A stretch of 55,914 nt of DNA. It comes from Trichomonas gallinae (lineage: Eukaryota). Shown piece after piece: positions 50,940 through 55,914 of the stretch. Position 1 is the stretch's first letter; each line of letters starts with the position of its first letter. Under the pieces are notes generated by a model. The model did not search any database. It was given only the letters and a program-made list of their open reading frames with translations, and had not been told where the DNA came from. Location: assembly GCA_008369845.1 (NCBI GenBank), contig MRSU01005508.1:1-55914 (forward strand). Direction: 5' to 3'. The position numbers and the translations under genes were made by a program.

Positions 50940-53900
50940 ATGTGTTTTTTTCTGTTTGTGATTGGTAAATGCGCAAAATACCAAGCAGATTCTGGCTATA
51001 TATTACCTATACAAACAGGGTTTGTCGATAGCTTAGGATATTCCGAGCGAATGTTTAATGTTTATACTCTCGGGCCAAATATATCAAAAAAGAAACTACT
51101 TCCTTACACGTATCTATCGCATCACCTGTATATACCTGATCAGCCATGGCTTAACTTCATCCATCACTACTATCATTTTATCCCGCCAATGAAAGTTGAA
51201 TTCACGTTTGAAAAAGTATGCAAATTCGTGCCTCCATCGCTTTCACTAGGCCGTTTGAACGTTTCACAATTTAAATCTTTTCAAATTAAAATGCAAAATA
51301 CTATGTCGTTTTCATCTCTTAAAATTATCAGTATTTGGTCAATATCACGTGATGTTCATGTACCAGTGATCGATAGAATTGATATTGCAGTGTCACAATC
51401 CTGCCAATTTCCAGTTTATATTTGTCCAACGGCAGTTGGTGAATTTTCGACAATTATATATATTAAAACGGATAGAGGTGTTTTCCCCTATCATATTAGA
51501 TACTCTGTTAACGAAAATACTGAAGCATTAGTTCCGAGTATTTTTTATAACTCGATGAGCAGTCAAGAAAACGTCACATTCAAAATATTATGGCCAAATA
51601 CGAAAGAAAAAGTACAAATTACATACGATGGAGCAATATTTGATTCATCAAAATCTTCATTCAACTCCAGATTACTTCAACTTTCGCCTCAAATGGCTCG
51701 CCAAGGATACTACACTACATTCGTTAATGCATATTCGAAAACTACAGCGAAAACTTTTCCACTTTCTTTATTTATCTCGTATAAGCATTTAATTCCGATA
51801 GATCCAATCATATACGTAGACACAGCAACGTCAAAAGACGATGTTACCGAAAGTGACATAAGAATTGTCAATCCTACGAATATGGCTATAGATATAATAA
51901 TGGCTGCTATTCTAAATCAGTTGGGAAATGTTCGTATAGCTCATCTACAGTATCCCATTCGCTGCGAGCCGGTCTCACACACAACAATCGGAAAAATTGT
52001 TATTGATGGATCAGTTCCTGGAGAAATCGATACATCACTGCAGATTCAATATGTAATAACTGATGGCTCTATACACTACTTAACTATTCCTGTCAAAGGC
52101 TTCGTTTTATATGGAGAATTAACTCCAAGCGAATCTAACATAGCAATGGTACAATCAACACCAAGAGGATATCAGTTTAACTTCACAAATAACTTCAAAG
52201 TGCCCGTTGCGGTTCTAGGCATGTATATTTCATCACCATCTTTTCAATTGAGCGATTTTGTTCCTTTTTTGCTCCAGCCAGGGCAAACATCTAAAAATAC
52301 AACGATACAGTTCGCAATAATCCCTCCACCAGACAAAGAAGCAGATATAATAATTTTAACGAACGCAACAAAGCTAATTATACCTGTTAAATTATATAGT
52401 GGCTCTATATTCATTTCATTGCCGTCAAAGAGGATGACACCAAGAGATTCTTTGCATATAAATCTTGGTGAAATTCAATTAAACAGCATCAGGAAGATAA
52501 ACTTGAGCCTAACAAATCCAAATCCAGATCCTTTCTATCTCGGATTAATCAAAACTTCGCACACGAACGAAGTAATAAAAGAAACTCCAGGAATTTGCGA
52601 TAACCCGATCGGCAGAACTTTTATGCCATTTTCGACGACAGAATTTGAGATTGCTATTCTCTTCACTAGGGCAGATAGGGGAAGACGCCGCAATGATACC
52701 ATAGTATTTTCGTCAGACCAGACAATGCAGAACTCATTCCCAGTCACAATAGAATGGACACCGATTTTTAGGTCAGAAATTTACGATTTGCGCATTGACC
52801 CTGGACTTTCTCCGCAAACTGGCATCATATTCGGAAACATATACAAGGCCAAGTTGTTCGCGAACATCTCACAGACTGTTAAAATAACTAAAGTAATTTC
52901 AGACTGCGAAAGTATTGCATCGAGTCCTGAATTTTTCAACAAAACCATCGAAGCATATAATGAAGCTCAAATCGCTGACCTGAACATTTCATTCGATTCC
53001 AGACTGGCACAGATGACATACAACCCAATAGGAAGACCTCCATTTTTGATTAGTCCTGAAGAATACGACATATTGACTGTCGTAGGCACAAAACTTTCAT
53101 TCAATGTCTTCGTTTTCGATGATAATCGTGATATTTTCAAATTAACATTTAGCTACAGATGCAGGATGCCTTCATTCAACGACACATCCCTGCAGCTTGA
53201 AGACACATTCATTGGTTCGATGCTGGACATAGACATTCCGATAGTGAATGACTTCGATCTCCCAATACAATATATTTTCATTCTGCCGCACGATAAAGAT
53301 ATGGCAGTAACAGCAGGTGGACTGGAGTATATTGTCCCTCCTCACACGACTATGATGGCAAACTTCTCTCTTAGATGGGTAGTCTTAGGCTGGAAGGTTG
53401 CCAAGTTCCATATATTGACGAATATTTCGAGACCTTTTGATTACGTTATAAGCACAAGAGTCGTCGAGCAGACTTTCGATGAAGAAAGATTGACAATGCC
53501 GCCAAATACAACACGAAGGATATTGCTGGCCAAGTGGGGATGCATTCTTGACCACAAGAATAACGGAACTGCGACATTAGTACTAAAAGATGTTGAATCA
53601 AATACATGGGGAATTGAAGCCAGATTAATTACACACGTTATAAAACCAGGAGAAATTATTAGAATAGAATTAAATATAACACCGATGTATTTCATTTTCA
53701 CTAAGCAAAACATAAGCTTAACATTGAAAACACGCATCACTGAATTTATTTACAGATCATCGATGCCTTTCTCGCCAACAGAAAAAGCTTTCATTAGGAA
53801 ATTGAGAGACTGCATACTGATGCTGATGATTGTTATTTCTGTTGCGCCAGTTATAAGGAACTTCAAGAAAATTTTCTTCAGGATGCTCGTTGTGAATGTT

Positions 53901-54116
53901 ATCGCGCATATTAAGCAGAGGTATGTAGAGAAAACAATCAAACAGCTGTCGAAGAGCACCAAAAAGAATGTCGCCATACAAACGGATGAAGCAGAACTGC
54001 CCGAAATGAGAAGATGCGGCGGAGTCCTTGTAAACAGTCCAATTCCGCCGAAGAATTTCAGCGAATCCATGAGCACACTTAGCTCCCTGATTAATGAGGT
54101 GAACGCTCAGAAGTAA
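50940..54116 (+). CDS. TMEM131-like type I membrane protein with Ig/PapD-like repeats
   Basis: Signal peptide; FVPPSLSLG...MQN...IISI...GEFSTIIYIKTDRGVFPY resembles the TMEM131 N-terminal domain. Repeated xNPxx..I..I beta-sandwich units, and a TM near the C-terminus. Confidence 0.75.
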   Translation: MCFFLFVIGKCAKYQADSGYILPIQTGFVDSLGYSERMFNVYTLGPNISKKKLLPYTYLSHHLYIPDQPWLNFIHHYYHFIPPMKVEFTFEKVCKFVPPSLSLGRLNVSQFKSFQIKMQNTMSFSSLKIISIWSISRDVHVPVIDRIDIAVSQSCQFPVYICPTAVGEFSTIIYIKTDRGVFPYHIRYSVNENTEALVPSIFYNSMSSQENVTFKILWPNTKEKVQITYDGAIFDSSKSSFNSRLLQLSPQMARQGYYTTFVNAYSKTTAKTFPLSLFISYKHLIPIDPIIYVDTATSKDDVTESDIRIVNPTNMAIDIIMAAILNQLGNVRIAHLQYPIRCEPVSHTTIGKIVIDGSVPGEIDTSLQIQYVITDGSIHYLTIPVKGFVLYGELTPSESNIAMVQSTPRGYQFNFTNNFKVPVAVLGMYISSPSFQLSDFVPFLLQPGQTSKNTTIQFAIIPPPDKEADIIILTNATKLIIPVKLYSGSIFISLPSKRMTPRDSLHINLGEIQLNSIRKINLSLTNPNPDPFYLGLIKTSHTNEVIKETPGICDNPIGRTFMPFSTTEFEIAILFTRADRGRRRNDTIVFSSDQTMQNSFPVTIEWTPIFRSEIYDLRIDPGLSPQTGIIFGNIYKAKLFANISQTVKITKVISDCESIASSPEFFNKTIEAYNEAQIADLNISFDSRLAQMTYNPIGRPPFLISPEEYDILTVVGTKLSFNVFVFDDNRDIFKLTFSYRCRMPSFNDTSLQLEDTFIGSMLDIDIPIVNDFDLPIQYIFILPHDKDMAVTAGGLEYIVPPHTTMMANFSLRWVVLGWKVAKFHILTNISRPFDYVISTRVVEQTFDEERLTMPPNTTRRILLAKWGCILDHKNNGTATLVLKDVESNTWGIEARLITHVIKPGEIIRIELNITPMYFIFTKQNISLTLKTRITEFIYRSSMPFSPTEKAFIRKLRDCILMLMIVISVAPVIRNFKKIFFRMLVVNVIAHIKQRYVEKTIKQLSKSTKKNVAIQTDEAELPEMRRCGGVLVNSPIPPKNFSESMSTLSSLINEVNAQK

Positions 54117-54619
54117 CTTTTGTTAGATTTTTTATTTATTTGTAGATTTATATATATTATTAATAAAGTGTGATTTATTTGAATGTTAATAATAATTTGC
54201 ATATAAATAGCTAAACAATATAACAAAAACGATCACATATCAAAATAATTAAAATAAGAAAATTAAATCTCAAAACTGATTGTAAATGAATGTTATATTA
54301 TTATTCAAAAGAAAAATTTTATATGATACTCTGCGTAAACAAGAATTTTCCTTATATTTTTCAATGAATTAAAAAAATACACATTAAATCAATTTTGATT
54401 AATAATACATCATTTAAACTGATATAATTTCACTTTTTTTCCATACAATACAGTTTCATTCTTTTGATATATTCAAGAAAATTCATAATTCAAGAATCTT
54501 TGTAAATGTGATTAATATATTGCATTGATAGATGTTATAATGTTGTTGACATGATTTAAAAGCAAAAGAAATCGGATAATATTTTTTTTAATTCAAGTTA
54601 CAAATATCAAAAAAACAAA

Positions 54620-55627
54620 TTACTGATTGTTGATTGGTACTCTACGTGTAGCTGTTGATGAGCCAGTTGGTGCTGCAGTCACGTATTCAATATTAGGGTC
54701 ATTAAGAATTCCGCTAAGATCCTTGAATCTATTTTCTATGAACTGGAGCATTGTTTCTATTGATGGAGCTTTCTCAGATTTTGAGTGTTGAGCAGATGTA
54801 TTCGATTTTTCAACAGCTCTGTTATAAATCGTTTGAATAGCGGATTTGATTTCAGCTAATTCTGTGTTCTTTGCTTCAACTCTTTGTATATCTTTGTACA
54901 AAGATGTTTTATTGTACTGATTTAATTTCTTTGCTTGATTTACACGCGCTAAACCATCATTTAACTGCATTGTTCTATCAATAAGAAGTGCTCTCTTTAC
55001 TTCTAACTCCTTATTAAGCTCTTGTTCTTCAGTTCCGAATCTTGACATTAATTCTTGGAACTTTTCAACATATTCTTGTCTTGTTGCAGCCAATGATTGG
55101 TGCCTGTTGAGAATTGCTTCGACATTTTCGAAATTGCGTGATTTATTTGCCACAGCTTGAAGATAATCTGCGCATGGCTGTAATTGTTCTAATTTCTCCT
55201 TCAATTCGTCATTTTGTTGTTTGAGCTGCTCTTCTTCTAAAGCTAATTGCTCAAGCTCGGCTTCGATTTCCTTTGCGCGTTGTTTTTCTTCTTCTTCACG
55301 TCTACGTGCTTTTTCGAGCTCACCACTATGGTGCTCTGTAAATGTGCGAAGGTTAGCTTTCTGTACATCGAGTGTATGCTGTTTTTCATCTAATTCTTTC
55401 TTTTTACGTTGGAAATTTGTCTTCCAAGCTTCGAATTTTGTCCTTGCTTCTTCAAGCTCGGCGTTTGTCTTTTCCATTTCTTGTTTTTTCTTAATTAATT
55501 GTGGAGATAAAGAAGGCAAAGCGAGTGAGTTTTCATTTGCGCCACCAAACCTTTCCAAATACTTCTGCTCAAACGAACTCTTCTGCTTTGTCTGTCGAGT
55601 AAGGAATGTGCGGTCCATATCCGACAT
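54620..55627 (-). CDS. CCDC42/CFAP73-like (DUF4200) flagellar coiled-coil protein
   Basis: TFLT near the N-terminus, LIKKKQEMEKTNAELEEARTKF...ELEKARRREEEE...DYLQAV...FENVEAILNRHQSL, and LQFIENRFKDL at the end. Likely ATG at 55627. Confidence 0.75.
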   Translation of the reverse strand: MSDMDRTFLTRQTKQKSSFEQKYLERFGGANENSLALPSLSPQLIKKKQEMEKTNAELEEARTKFEAWKTNFQRKKKELDEKQHTLDVQKANLRTFTEHHSGELEKARRREEEEKQRAKEIEAELEQLALEEEQLKQQNDELKEKLEQLQPCADYLQAVANKSRNFENVEAILNRHQSLAATRQEYVEKFQELMSRFGTEEQELNKELEVKRALLIDRTMQLNDGLARVNQAKKLNQYNKTSLYKDIQRVEAKNTELAEIKSAIQTIYNRAVEKSNTSAQHSKSEKAPSIETMLQFIENRFKDLSGILNDPNIEYVTAAPTGSSTATRRVPINNQ

Positions 55628-55690
55628 TTTTTCTATTTTCTTTTTTTTTTGCAAAAAAATTTACAACGTATTTTGAATATCGTTGATAAT

Positions 55691-55837
55691 TTTGTCATGT
55701 AAATATATAAATTGTGTGTTAATTTTGTCGTGTAAATGATGATTTTTGACATATAAAAGTTTACAATAAATAACGAATATTTGTCATGTAAATATTGATT
55801 TAATTTGTATTTGTCGTGTAAATGAATTTTTTTGACA
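55691..55837. promoter_or_regulatory. Array of TTG(T/A)C(A/G)TGTAAA words in a duplicated block upstream of the CFAP73-like gene
   Basis: Motif copies at 55692, 55725, 55746 (variant), 55781 and 55811. Block 55691-55751 is approximately repeated at 55780-55837. Confidence 0.7.
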
Positions 55838-55914
55838 GAGGTGTACCAATGACGATAGAAATGACGTTAAAATCATAACGGTCCTAGAACTGAAGTCTTT
55901 TTGGAGCACAGAAA

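Noticed and set aside
2843..55676. Numerous 60-150-aa antisense or alternate-frame ORFs inside larger genes (e.g. 3462-3857, 10104-10472, 34098-34448, 55221-55676)
   Set aside because: Shadow frames of real CDS, with no motifs and mostly non-ATG starts.
55875..55886. ATAACGGTCCTA matches part of the LSU rRNA / I-CeuI site
   Set aside because: Only 12 nt, and the flanks do not continue rRNA similarity.
1..55914. Maverick/mariner/Mutator-type transposons, tRNA, rRNA, spliceosomal snRNAs
   Set aside because: No transposase, integrase or polymerase ORFs, long terminal inverted repeats, tRNA cloverleafs or snRNA signature sequences were seen by eye.

Overview
This is AT-rich, gene-dense, apparently intronless eukaryotic DNA using the standard genetic code. 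Several features point to a trichomonad (Trichomonas-like parabasalid): a BspA-type LRR gene, ankyrin genes and relics, a transmembrane cyclase-family gene, a TKL kinase, a Fe-SOD, very short signal peptides, and TCAYT/AAAGTGAC/GCGGTT promoter words. The species cannot be fixed from the sequence alone. About 27 intact genes are visible, including SCAPER-like, GNAT, RRM, tetraspanin, histidine acid phosphatase, PAS/cyclase-like, Sfi1-like, TMEM33-like, calreticulin-like, gp210/Nup210, SNRNP27, SOD, CDK, ankyrin, TKL kinase, ENY2, TMEM131-like and CCDC42/CFAP73-like. There are also four disrupted genes and a probable gene start cut by the left edge. I saw no tRNA, rRNA, transposon or CRISPR array. 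The most notable observations are: (1) the gp210 gene has ACG, not ATG, at the head of its signal peptide; (2) a full-length BspA frame begins ATG-TAA; (3) three 40-bp tandem units, each an AGGGG...CCCCT inverted repeat, abut the kinase ATG; (4) a 12-bp word TTG[A/T/C]C[A/G][C/T]GTAAA recurs upstream of many genes and is amplified into arrays; (5) the cyclase domain looks catalytically dead, and SNRNP27 lacks its conserved Met. All homology calls are by-eye motif recognition, not database searches.
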